The notes below the pieces were generated by a model, which made no database searches, was not told where the DNA came from, and saw only the letters and a program-made list of their open reading frames with translations. The position numbers were made by a program, and so were the translations under genes. Below, piece by piece: positions 1 through 7,899 of a stretch of DNA of 34,318 nt (its first letter is position 1; each line of letters begins with the position of its first letter). Source of the stretch: Actinomycetota bacterium (GTDB lineage Bacteria > Actinomycetota > Acidimicrobiia > Acidimicrobiales > VFJN01). The stretch covers positions 1 to 34,318 of the forward strand of contig JBKPRV010000192.1 of assembly GCA_046734715.1 (NCBI GenBank), in the 5' to 3' direction.

Positions 1-2
1 GG

Positions 3-509
3 GTGGCGCTCGGCGTGCCCCGGGCCGGCCGCTCCCGCAAGGACGTGGCGTCGATCGCCGCCCTGGGCGGCCTGGCCGGCGCGTTGGTGGTGCTGGCGCT
101 CTCGCTGCTCAGCGGACCGCTGCTGGACGCCCTGAACGTGAGCCAGCCGGCGTTCCGGGTCGCGGTCGGCGTCGTGGCCGCGGTCACCGGTGCCGTCACC
201 CTCGTGCGCCCGACCCCGGCCCCCGACCCCGCGCTGGACGGCCGCCGCGCCGCGCTGATCCCCGTGGCCGTCCCGCTCGTCGTCCGCCCGGCCCTGGTGT
301 TCCTGGCCCTCAGCGCCCACGCCGACCGGGGCGTCCCAGTGGTCGCGGTGGCCCTCGCCCTGTCGGTGGCGCTCCTGGCCGCCGTCGCCGCCCAGCTCCC
401 ACCCGAGGCCCCGGGCGCTCGCGCCGTCAGGTGGGTGGCCCGCGCCACGGCGGCCGCGCTGCTCGCAACGAGCGTGCTCCTCGTCATCGACGGGGTCCTC
501 GCCGTATGA
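3..509 (+). CDS. Multi-pass integral membrane protein, MarC/UPF0056-like; probably 5'-truncated by the window edge
   Basis: The frame is open to the window start. The protein has several Ala/Val/Leu-rich helices, and the FRVAVGVVAAVTG segment resembles the MarC-family core. TGA stop at 507-509. Confidence 0.45.
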   Translation: MALGVPRAGRSRKDVASIAALGGLAGALVVLALSLLSGPLLDALNVSQPAFRVAVGVVAAVTGAVTLVRPTPAPDPALDGRRAALIPVAVPLVVRPALVFLALSAHADRGVPVVAVALALSVALLAAVAAQLPPEAPGARAVRWVARATAAALLATSVLLVIDGVLAV

Positions 510-551
510 CCGCCAGGCCCGCCCGCCCGGCGTGGTAGTCCTTACCCCGAC

Positions 552-627
552 GGGCCTGTAGCTCAGTGGTCAGAGCAGGCGACTCATAATCGCTTGGTCG
601 TGGGTTCGATCCCCACCGGGCCCACCA
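552..627 (+). tRNA. tRNA-Met (anticodon CAT), elongator type, genomically encoded CCA (a lysidine-modified tRNA-Ile2 cannot be excluded)
   Basis: Hand-folded cloverleaf of 76 nt. Acceptor stem GGGCCTG/CGGGCCC, D stem GCTC/GAGC, anticodon stem GGCGA/TCGCT with loop CTCATAA. Variable loop TGGTC, T stem GTGGG/CCCAC with loop TTCGATC, discriminator A, then CCA. G1-C72 pairing argues against an initiator. Confidence 0.9.
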
Positions 628-700
628 CCAGGGAGCGCCTTCGACGCCTCCGAAGTCGCCGGGATGCTTGGGGCCGGATCGTGGGGGTAGCGGGACGGGT

Positions 701-1123
701 ATGACCACCACCACCATCCGAAACCTGATGACCACCGACATCGTGTCCGTGGACGAGTCGGCGACCCTCAGGGAGGTCGCAACCCTGATGCGCGACAAGA
801 ACATCGGGGACGTGATCGTGCGGCGTGACGATCAGATCTGCGGGATCGTGACCGACCGCGACCTCGTCGTGCGGGCCGTGGCGGAAGGCAACGACCCGAC
901 CACTGCCAAGGCCGGTGACGTCTGCACGGAATCCGTCGTGACCCTCCCGGCCGACGAGTCGGTCGACGACGCGGCTCGCAAGATGGCCGAGGCCGCCATC
1001 CGCCGCCTGCCCGTCGTGGACGGCCAGGATGTCGTCGGCATCGTCTCCCTCGGCGATCTCGCCCGCGAGCAGGACCCTCGTTCCGTCCTCGGGAAGCTGA
1101 GCGCCAAGCCGCCCACCGATTGA
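701..1123 (+). CDS. CBS-domain pair protein
   Basis: Two tandem CBS repeats: LMTTDIVSVDESATLREVATLM...GDVIV and VTLPADESVDDAARKMAEAAIRRLPVVDGQDVVGIVSLGDL. I chose the ATG at 701 (MTTTTIRN) rather than the track start at 668. Confidence 0.85.
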   Translation: MTTTTIRNLMTTDIVSVDESATLREVATLMRDKNIGDVIVRRDDQICGIVTDRDLVVRAVAEGNDPTTAKAGDVCTESVVTLPADESVDDAARKMAEAAIRRLPVVDGQDVVGIVSLGDLAREQDPRSVLGKLSAKPPTD

Positions 1124-1234
1124 GGGCGGAAACCCCCCGGGTCAGGGAGCTTCACCCCGGCACCCCGGCCGGCCGGCGCCGTAGGGTGAGCGCCGCGGTG
1201 GACGCGCCGCGCCCATCGCCCGAGGGGGGAGACG

Positions 1235-1402
1235 GTGACCGAATCGTTCCGCTACGCGCCGACCGGATCGAAGGACCCGCAGTTCGGGGCGCCGGCCATC
1301 GACGTCGACGAATGGCGCGACGAGCCCGTGCGCCGCATGGCACCCGAGGACCACGAGATCGAGCGCGAGCTCCGCCTGTTCGCCGAGTCGCACTGGCCAT
1401 AG
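1235..1402 (+). CDS. Small hypothetical ORF (55 aa), possibly an N-terminal remnant of a larger hydrolase gene
   Basis: GTG at 1235 sits 5 nt downstream of a GGGGGGAGA Shine-Dalgarno-like run. Third-position GC is high. Translation is MTESFRYAPTGSKDPQFGAPAIDVDEWRDEPVRRMAPEDHEIERELRLFAESHWP, ending at TAG 1400-1402. It is below the ORF-track length cut-off. Confidence 0.25.
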   Translation: MTESFRYAPTGSKDPQFGAPAIDVDEWRDEPVRRMAPEDHEIERELRLFAESHWP

Positions 1403-1408
1403 GTCGCG

Positions 1409-2326
1409 TCAGCTCGACGAGCCGGGCCGCTCGAACCTCCACGCCAGGAGGAACGGGAGCTCCTCGAACGCCTGCCGCACCGCGCCGGGGACCACCGCAT
1501 GGGCGGGGTTGGTCGTGATCGCGCTCTCCGGGACCAGCGGTTCGCGGCACTCGCAGACCACCAGCCCGGCGGCGAGGGCGGCGCTCACGTACTCGCTCAC
1601 CGGGTGGACGAGGTCGGTGACGAAGTGCAGCTCGAACCCCTCGGTCTCGGTCGGGAACACGGCCGCGCCCCCGAACGTCGTGTAGTGCGGGTGCATGTCG
1701 GACACGATGACCGTGCCCCCCGGGCGGACCACCCGCGCGAACTCGGCCAGCACCGGCCCCACCTCGGGCACGTGCGAGAGCGCCAGCGAGCAGACCACCA
1801 CGTCGACCGCGGCGTCGTCGACGGGCAGGGCGCGCAGGTCACCGACGCGGAAGTCACCGCCCGGCACCTTGGCCTCGGCCCGGGCCAGCATCGTGCGGTT
1901 GGCGTCGACGCCGATGATCTCGAACCCCCGGTCGGCCAGGTGGCGGCTGTGCCGCCCGGTGCCGCACGCGGCGTCGAGCGCCACCCCCGGTGGCACCGCG
2001 GCCAGCAGGTCGCGCACGACGCAATCGTCCACCTCCACCGCGGGGTTGGGGCCGTCGTAGACGGGCGCCCAGGCGTCATACCCCGACGCCAGGTCGTGTT
2101 CGACCACAGGGATCACGAGATTGTTGGGGAACTCGTCGAGACCCTTGACCACCCGGCACACGTCGTCGAGCCGCTCGCGCACCGCCGACGGGCTGGTGAT
2201 GCAATGCCGCATGGCGGCCATGCCGGCCACGGCGGTGAAGTACTGCGCGGCGACCATCTCGTCGCGTCGCTCGGCCATGGCCGCAGTCTCGCATCCGCCC
2301 TCGACGCCGCGGGAGCGAGTTGTCAC
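1409..2326 (-). CDS. Class I SAM-dependent methyltransferase
   Basis: Motif I is LDAACGTGRHSRHLADRGFEIIGVD. The post-I/II region VVVCSLALSHV...ARVVRPGGTVIVSD is typical of Methyltransf_11/25. The start is either GTG 2326 or ATG 2278. It lies 6 nt downstream of the ArsR-SRPBCC fusion on the same strand. Confidence 0.85.
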   Translation of the reverse strand: MTTRSRGVEGGCETAAMAERRDEMVAAQYFTAVAGMAAMRHCITSPSAVRERLDDVCRVVKGLDEFPNNLVIPVVEHDLASGYDAWAPVYDGPNPAVEVDDCVVRDLLAAVPPGVALDAACGTGRHSRHLADRGFEIIGVDANRTMLARAEAKVPGGDFRVGDLRALPVDDAAVDVVVCSLALSHVPEVGPVLAEFARVVRPGGTVIVSDMHPHYTTFGGAAVFPTETEGFELHFVTDLVHPVSEYVSAALAAGLVVCECREPLVPESAITTNPAHAVVPGAVRQAFEELPFLLAWRFERPGSSS

Positions 2327-2332
2327 TGCGGC

Positions 2333-3181
2333 TCATTCGTCCCGCAGGCGGAGGGACTCGCCGGTCTCGAGCAGGGTCTTGAGGCTGGCGATCACCTCCG
2401 GCCAGCCGCCGGACTCGGGCTTCTCGCCGCTCACGGCCCGCAGCATCTCGCTGTCCGGCGCGAGCGCCTCGTGCACGACGGTGAGCTTCACGGCCGGCCC
2501 CGCGGGCTCGATGTCGAAGGTCACCTTGGAGAGTGGCTCCTGCCGGAGGTGAGCGAGCCGTGCGGTGTCCCATCCGAAGATGCGGGCGTGTTCGGGCTGG
2601 TAGTTGTGCCACGTGTACGACAGCCGCCGGTGGGGGACCGCTTCCAGAACCACTGTGTCTTCCTCCGAGGGCTCGTCGCCCCACTGCACGCGCGAGCCGG
2701 GCTGCCAGTCCGACCGGAGCGCCACTCCCCAGTAGCGGAGCATGACGTCCGGGTCGGTGAGTGCGGTCCAGAGCGCCTCGGGCGTGGTCCTGATGTAGGT
2801 CGCGTACACGAACGAGTCGGCCACGGATGTTGCCTCCAAGGTGGACTTGAGCGCGGCCAGCGTCTGCGCGTGCTGCCGGTGGTAGTGGTCGATCCAGCGC
2901 TCGGCGATGTCGTTGATCGGGGCTGCGTTCAGGTAGTGCAGCTTGCGGCGGCCCTGCCTGAGCGTGGTGATCAGCTCCGCCCGCTCGAGGACCGCGAGGT
3001 GCTTGGTCACCGACTGCCGCGCCATGGCGAGGCCGGCGCACAGCTCGGTGAGGGTCTGGCCGTTCCGGGCGTTCAAGCGATCGAGCAGCTCACGGCGCGA
3101 TGGATCGGCGAGCGCCTTGAACACGGCATCGGCGTCCGTGCCCGTCTCGCCCTGCCCATCGACCGCCGGTGACGCCGGCAC
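2333..3181 (-). CDS. ArsR/SmtB-family winged-HTH regulator fused to a C-terminal SRPBCC (AHSA1/START-like) domain
   Basis: The N-terminus FKALADPSRRELLDRLNARNGQTLTELCAGLAMARQSVTKHLAVLERAELI is a classic ArsR HTH. The C-terminal ~150 aa (FVYATYIRTTPEALWTALTDPDVMLRYWG...VTFDIEPAGPAVKLTVVHE) is SRPBCC/Aha1-like. Confidence 0.85.
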   Translation of the reverse strand: MPASPAVDGQGETGTDADAVFKALADPSRRELLDRLNARNGQTLTELCAGLAMARQSVTKHLAVLERAELITTLRQGRRKLHYLNAAPINDIAERWIDHYHRQHAQTLAALKSTLEATSVADSFVYATYIRTTPEALWTALTDPDVMLRYWGVALRSDWQPGSRVQWGDEPSEEDTVVLEAVPHRRLSYTWHNYQPEHARIFGWDTARLAHLRQEPLSKVTFDIEPAGPAVKLTVVHEALAPDSEMLRAVSGEKPESGGWPEVIASLKTLLETGESLRLRDE

Positions 3182-3210
3182 GGCCCCGCCCGTTCCTCCG
3201 GTGGTCGCGG

Positions 3211-3696
3211 CTAGGCCACCCGCTGGTCGGGGTGGGCGTCCTCGATGATGTGGAGGACGAGGTCGTGCTCGAGATACGCCTTCAGGGCGCTGAGGACAAA
3301 GGTGAATCCCTCTGTCGAAGCCCCGACGTGATCGACCAGCGCGTCACCGTCGCCCCTGAGCCCCGTCTCGGTGATCTCGACGTAGGTCCCGTCGCGGCCG
3401 CGGTCGTCGAAGCGGAACTCGACGTCCGTCGCCGCCTCGGGATCCTGGGTGTTCCAGCGGAAGGCGATGCGGAGGTTCTCCTCGACCTCGCCGACCACCA
3501 CCTCGGTCGACACCCCGTACATGTCCCACTCCCAACGCAGCTCAGCGCCGGGCACCATCGGCCCGGTGCTGCCGGTGTACCAGAACCTGGTGGCGATGGC
3601 GGGGTCGCGAACTGCGTCGAACGCCTGCTCAGGCGGCGTGCGCATGAGCAAGCCGACCCTGACCGACGGGACCTTGGTGAGCTTCAGATCCGACAT
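3211..3696 (-). CDS. SRPBCC (AHSA1/START-like) domain protein
   Basis: MSDLKLTKVPSVRVGLLMRTPPEQAFDAVRDPAIATRFWY... fits the SRPBCC fold pattern. I chose the ATG at 3696 because GAGGAGGA lies 7 nt upstream. The track start at 3798 would run through the operator palindrome. Confidence 0.8.
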   Translation of the reverse strand: MSDLKLTKVPSVRVGLLMRTPPEQAFDAVRDPAIATRFWYTGSTGPMVPGAELRWEWDMYGVSTEVVVGEVEENLRIAFRWNTQDPEAATDVEFRFDDRGRDGTYVEITETGLRGDGDALVDHVGASTEGFTFVLSALKAYLEHDLVLHIIEDAHPDQRVA

Positions 3697-3720
3697 GCTG
3701 CCGTCCTCCTCGCTCGGGCC

Positions 3721-3750
3721 ATGATATGCAGCCGATCGGCTGCATATCAA
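3721..3750 (-). promoter_or_regulatory. 28-bp perfect palindrome (operator) embedded in a sigma-70-like promoter for the SRPBCC/ArsR-SRPBCC/methyltransferase operon
   Basis: TGATATGCAGCCGA|TCGGCTGCATATCA at 3722-3749 is an exact inverted repeat. Read on the minus strand, the flanks give TTGATA (3750-3745), an 18-nt spacer, then TATCAT (3726-3721), 24 nt upstream of the ATG at 3696. Confidence 0.6.
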
Positions 3751-3835
3751 ACATGTCGCCTCGAGGGCCTCGCTGTTGAGCTGGGCGTCGACCTCCAAAT
3801 CGCGGACGATTGGGCTTGGCGAGCGCCCGATCCGC

Positions 3836-4888
3836 TCAACCTGCGGACGGCGCCACCAGGATCTTGCAGTGCTGCTCCGGGTCGCCCAGGGCGTCGAAGG
3901 CCCAGGCGACGCGGTCGAGGCCGACCTCGGCGGTGATCATCGGGGCCACCGCGATCTCGCCCTCCGCGATCGAGCGCAGGCTGGCGGCGAACTCCATCGC
4001 GTCGTAGCCGAGGGCGAACTGGAGGTTCAGCTCCTTGCTGATGCCGTAGTACGGCGTGACCGCGTCGTCCTCCATGCAGACACCGACCACCACCAGCCGG
4101 CTCTGGGGCGGGCACCGGCGCATCATGTCGTCGATGACACCGGGCACGCCGATGGCCTCGAACCCCACGACCGCACGGCCCGGGCCGACCCGGCCGTAGG
4201 CCGCCCAAGCCGACTCCTCGCGGGGATCGACCGCCTCGTCGGCCCCGAGCGTCACCGCCAGCGCCCGCCGGGCCGGGGAGAAGTCGGCGGCGACGATCGG
4301 CGCCACGCCCTTCAGCTTCAGCGCCGAGATCACCGCCAGCCCCACCGGGCCGGCGCCGAGCACGACGGCGCCGTCGGACGAGCCGATCTGGGAGCGGTTC
4401 ACGGCGTGGAGGCCGACGGCCATCGGCTCGGTCAGTGCCGCGTGGCTGGGATCGAGCCCGTTGGGCACCTCCAGCAGCAGAGGGGCGCTGAGCAGCATCC
4501 GCTCCGCGTAGCCGCCCAACACCTCGTTGCTGTAGACGATCGGCCGGATGGCGGACGCGCTGGCCAGGATCGGGATCGACGTCACCAGCGTGCCGGACGG
4601 GAACGTCGCGGTATCCGGCCCGACGTCCAGGATCTCAGCGGCGAACTCGTGGCCCATGTACACGTCGCGATCGAGGTCGAGCTCGGGCTGGGGCCCGCCC
4701 AGCTCGGGCATGCCCTCGATCTGCCGGCCCACCGCGACCGCCCGGTGGCCATGGCGGGCGAAGTGGAGATCGGAGCCGCAGATCCCGCAGGCCCGGACCT
4801 CGACGAGCACCTGGCCCGACGCCGGGACGGGCTCGGCCACGTCGTCCCGCACCACCATCTCGCCTTGGCTGAGCACGGCCGCTCGCAT
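3836..4888 (-). CDS. Zinc-dependent alcohol dehydrogenase (MDR superfamily)
   Basis: The N-terminus MRAAVL...VLVEVRACGICGSDLHF carries the catalytic Zn motif GICGSDLH. The Rossmann motif is VVLGAGPVGLAVI. The RBS is GGGGG. Confidence 0.9.
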   Translation of the reverse strand: MRAAVLSQGEMVVRDDVAEPVPASGQVLVEVRACGICGSDLHFARHGHRAVAVGRQIEGMPELGGPQPELDLDRDVYMGHEFAAEILDVGPDTATFPSGTLVTSIPILASASAIRPIVYSNEVLGGYAERMLLSAPLLLEVPNGLDPSHAALTEPMAVGLHAVNRSQIGSSDGAVVLGAGPVGLAVISALKLKGVAPIVAADFSPARRALAVTLGADEAVDPREESAWAAYGRVGPGRAVVGFEAIGVPGVIDDMMRRCPPQSRLVVVGVCMEDDAVTPYYGISKELNLQFALGYDAMEFAASLRSIAEGEIAVAPMITAEVGLDRVAWAFDALGDPEQHCKILVAPSAG

Positions 4889-5085
4889 CTCGCCCCCTTG
4901 GTCTCGGACCCGACACTGATATCGGTACCACCGAAGTCACGGGTACGCAAAGGCGTCGCGAGCCTCATCGCCTCGGGTCCGCTGGGCTGTTCGCTGTGCC
5001 AGAAACCGACACCAGTGTCGACACGAGCGGAGACGTCCACTAGGTTGCGGGGTCCACGTACCGGCGCGTTCTCCAGGGGGGCACA

Positions 5086-5466
5086 GTGGCACACGAGTTC
5101 CTGTCCGACGGGTGGTTCGAGGCGGTCGAGGCACTCGGGCCTCCGCCGCCCCCCTCCGGCCCCGACCCCGGCCCCATCAACCTGGTGGTGACGCGCGCCG
5201 GTGCCGGCGACGTCCAGTTGCACTTCGCGGCCGGAGCCATGGTCCGGGGGCTCGACGAGGCGGCGCCGACCACGCTGACCACGCCCTACGACGTGGCCAA
5301 GGCGCTGTTCATCCAGCGCGACCAGCAGGCCGCCATGCAGGCCTTCATGTCGGGCCAGATCAAGGTGCAGGGCGACATGAGCAAGCTCATGGCGATGGGC
5401 AACGCCGCACCGACGGCCGAGCAGGAAGCGTTCTCGCAGCAGGTCGTGGAGCTCACCGAGCTCTGA
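5086..5466 (+). CDS. SCP2 sterol/lipid-carrier domain protein
   Basis: The C-terminal AAMQAFMSGQIKVQGDMSKLMAM is the SCP2 signature (mqAfmsGklkieGdm). GTG start at 5086. Confidence 0.8.
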   Translation: MAHEFLSDGWFEAVEALGPPPPPSGPDPGPINLVVTRAGAGDVQLHFAAGAMVRGLDEAAPTTLTTPYDVAKALFIQRDQQAAMQAFMSGQIKVQGDMSKLMAMGNAAPTAEQEAFSQQVVELTEL

Positions 5467-5479
5467 CGACCCGACGACG

Positions 5480-6937
5480 ATGTCGACAACCGGCCTGGGG
5501 GCGATCGTCGTCGGCGGAGGCATAGGCGGCCTGGGCAGTGCGCTCGCGCTCGCCCGGGCGGGCCACCGGGTGACGCTCCTCGAGCGCGACCCGCTTCCGG
5601 CCACCGCCGATCCCGGCGAGGCGTTCCGCGTCGAGCGGCGCGGGGCACCGCAGTCGCACCAGACCCACGGGTTCCTCGCCCGCCTCCAGGTGCTGCTGCG
5701 CGACCGGTTCCCGGATGTCATGGACGACCTGCTGGCGCTCGGCTGCACCACCATGTCGTCGACCGCCAACCTCGGCGAGCCGCAGCCGGGTGACGAGGAC
5801 CTGGCCGTGCTGATCGTGCGGCGCACCACGCTCGACTTCGTCCTGCGCCGGGCGGTGCTGGCCCAGCCCGGCATCGAGGTCCGCAGCGGCGTCGCGGTCA
5901 CGGGCCTGGTCACCGACCCAGCCGACCCCGTCCCGGAGGCGGCGGGAGGGCCTCCGACCGTGCGTGGCGTGCGACTCCGGGGCGGCGGTGGCCTCGAGGC
6001 CGACCTCGTGGTGGTGGCCGGCGGACGGCGCTCGCCGCTGCCCGCCTGGCTGGCGGACATCGGGGTCACGATCCCCGAAGTGGTCGTCGAGAGCGGCCTG
6101 ATGTACTTCACCCGCTGGTACCGGTTCCCCGAGGGCCCCCAGTCGCTCGAGGACCCCAAGCTCGGCGGCGACCTCGGCTACGTGAAGTTCCTGGGGGTGC
6201 CGGGCGACGGCGAGACGTTGTCGGTGACCCTGGCGGTGCGCACCCGTGACCGCAGGCTGCGGGCCGCCCTGGCCGCCGACGACCGGTTCGACTTGGCCTG
6301 CCGGCTGCTCCCCGGTCCCGACCGGTTCTTCGCCGACGGCCCGCTCGAGCCCCTGACCGAGGTCATGCCCATGACCGGGCTGCTGAACCGCCTCCGCCGC
6401 TTCGTCGACGACGGCGGGCGCCCGCTCGTGGCCGGCGTGCACGGGGTGGGTGACGCCCACACCTGTACGAACCCGCTGTACGGCCGGGGCTGCACGCTGG
6501 CGATGGTCCAGGCGGTGCTGCTGGCCGACGCGCTCGCCGATCACCCGGACGACCCCGTGGCCCGGGCCGCGGCCTACGAGGCGGCGTGCGCCCGCGAGGT
6601 CGAGCCCTGGTACCACCAGGCGGTCGAGCTCGACCGGGCAGGCGCCGATCCCACGGGGCGAGGAGGCCGCGCCGGGCTGGCGGGATCCGAGCAGGGTCGG
6701 GCCATGGCCGCCGTGTTCGCGGCGGCGGCCACCGATCCCGTGATCGGCCGGGCGCTGGTCCGGTCCTGGAACCTGCTGGCCACTCCGGCCGAGCTGATGT
6801 CCGATACCGAGGTGATGACGCGCATGGCCGAGGTCATGGCGCACCCCGAGGACTACCCGCTGCCCGCCCCGGTGGGCCCCACCCGCGAGGCGCTGCTCGG
6901 CGCCCTCGCCATCCCCGAGGAGGCGCTGCATGCCTGA
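5480..6937 (+). CDS. FAD-dependent oxidoreductase/monooxygenase
   Basis: N-terminal dinucleotide fold GAIVVGGGIGGLGSALALARAGHRVTLLERD. About 485 aa. Its stop overlaps the next gene's start (ATGCCTGA). Confidence 0.8.
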   Translation: MSTTGLGAIVVGGGIGGLGSALALARAGHRVTLLERDPLPATADPGEAFRVERRGAPQSHQTHGFLARLQVLLRDRFPDVMDDLLALGCTTMSSTANLGEPQPGDEDLAVLIVRRTTLDFVLRRAVLAQPGIEVRSGVAVTGLVTDPADPVPEAAGGPPTVRGVRLRGGGGLEADLVVVAGGRRSPLPAWLADIGVTIPEVVVESGLMYFTRWYRFPEGPQSLEDPKLGGDLGYVKFLGVPGDGETLSVTLAVRTRDRRLRAALAADDRFDLACRLLPGPDRFFADGPLEPLTEVMPMTGLLNRLRRFVDDGGRPLVAGVHGVGDAHTCTNPLYGRGCTLAMVQAVLLADALADHPDDPVARAAAYEAACAREVEPWYHQAVELDRAGADPTGRGGRAGLAGSEQGRAMAAVFAAAATDPVIGRALVRSWNLLATPAELMSDTEVMTRMAEVMAHPEDYPLPAPVGPTREALLGALAIPEEALHA

Positions 6938-7898
6938 TGTCCGCTCCCGCACGCTGTCGACCAACGGCGTCGACCTCCACCTGCTCGAGGCGGGGGAGGG
7001 GCCGGTCGTGCTGCTGGCCCACGGCTTCCCCGAGCTGGCGTACTCGTGGCGCCACCAGCTGCCGACCCTGGCCGATGCCGGCTACCGCGCCGTCGCCCCC
7101 GACCAGCGGGGCTACGGCCGGTCGAGCCGCCCCGAGGCGATCGAGGACTACGACATCCACCACCTGGTGGGCGACCTGGTCGGCGTGCTCGACGACCTGG
7201 GGGTGGAGCAAGCCGTCGTCGTGGGCCACGACTGGGGCTCGATGGTGGCGAGCCACCTGGCGCTGCTGCACCCCGAGCGCGTGTGCGGGCTGGTGAACAT
7301 GAGCGTGCCCTACCTTCCCCGGGGCGGGAGCGCGCCGATCGCGGCGATGCGGAGTGCAGTCGGCGACAACTTCTTCTACATCCTCTACTTCCAGCAGCCG
7401 GGCGTAGCCGACGCCGAGCTGGGCGCCGATGCCGCCCGCACCATGCGCCGCATGCTGGCCGGCGCGACCTGGCGACCCGAGGCGCCTCCCGATCCCAGCG
7501 TGTTCGCCAACGACGGGCGGGGGTTCGTCGAGCGGATGTCCGAGCCCGACGCCCTGCCGGGCTGGCTGCCGGCCGCCGAGCTCGACCACTACGTCGAGGA
7601 GTTCAGCCGCACCGGCTTCACCGGCGGCCTGAACTGGTACCGCAACTTCGACCGCAACTGGGAGACCACCGCCGAGCTGGCCGGGGCCACGGTGAAGGTG
7701 CCGTCGCTGTTCGTGGGCGGCGCCCTGGACCCGGTCCTGCTCATGTCACCGCCCGGCACGGGCCACGCCTCGCTGGAGGACCACCGGGGCGACGTCATCG
7801 TCCCGGACGCCGGCCACTGGGTCCAGCAGGAAGCCCCCGGCGAGGTGAACGCGGCTCTCATCGGCTTCCTCGACGACGTCTGCCGCGACAGGAGCTGA
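6930..7898 (+). CDS. Alpha/beta-fold epoxide hydrolase
   Basis: HGFPELAYSWRHQLPTLADAGYRAVAPDQRGYGRSS is the HGXP oxyanion motif in epoxide-hydrolase context. Nucleophile elbow VVGHDWGS. C-terminal His region DAGHWVQQE. Confidence 0.85.
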   Translation: MPDVRSRTLSTNGVDLHLLEAGEGPVVLLAHGFPELAYSWRHQLPTLADAGYRAVAPDQRGYGRSSRPEAIEDYDIHHLVGDLVGVLDDLGVEQAVVVGHDWGSMVASHLALLHPERVCGLVNMSVPYLPRGGSAPIAAMRSAVGDNFFYILYFQQPGVADAELGADAARTMRRMLAGATWRPEAPPDPSVFANDGRGFVERMSEPDALPGWLPAAELDHYVEEFSRTGFTGGLNWYRNFDRNWETTAELAGATVKVPSLFVGGALDPVLLMSPPGTGHASLEDHRGDVIVPDAGHWVQQEAPGEVNAALIGFLDDVCRDRS

Positions 7899-7899
7899 G

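Noticed and set aside
552-1500. tRNA-Met as an integration hotspot marking a genomic island.
   Set aside because: No integrase or recombinase gene lies next to the tRNA. I could not spot a direct repeat of the tRNA 3' end elsewhere in the window. Downstream genes have the same GC-rich composition as the rest.
1499-3172. Very long ORFs antisense or out of frame to the called genes, some over 500-880 aa. Examples: 1499-3172 (+), 3776-5191 (+), 4582-6159 (-), 5453-6964 (-), 15616-17658 (-), 17793-19499 (-), 23295-25235 (+), 23317-25278 (-), 25775-28426 (-), 27408-29450 (-), 27971-30118 (+, upstream part).
   Set aside because: Their translations are monotonous Arg/Pro/Gly/Ala/His-rich strings with no recognisable motifs. 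This is typical of stop-codon-poor shadow frames in very GC-rich DNA. Each is fully explained by a motif-bearing gene on the other frame or strand.
4889-5085. Repeated CCGACAC motifs and the short dyad GACACcaGTGTC in the ADH/SCP2 divergent intergenic region as an operator.
   Set aside because: The arms are only 5 bp, the copies are imperfect, and no adjacent regulator gene links to them. I could not distinguish this from chance.
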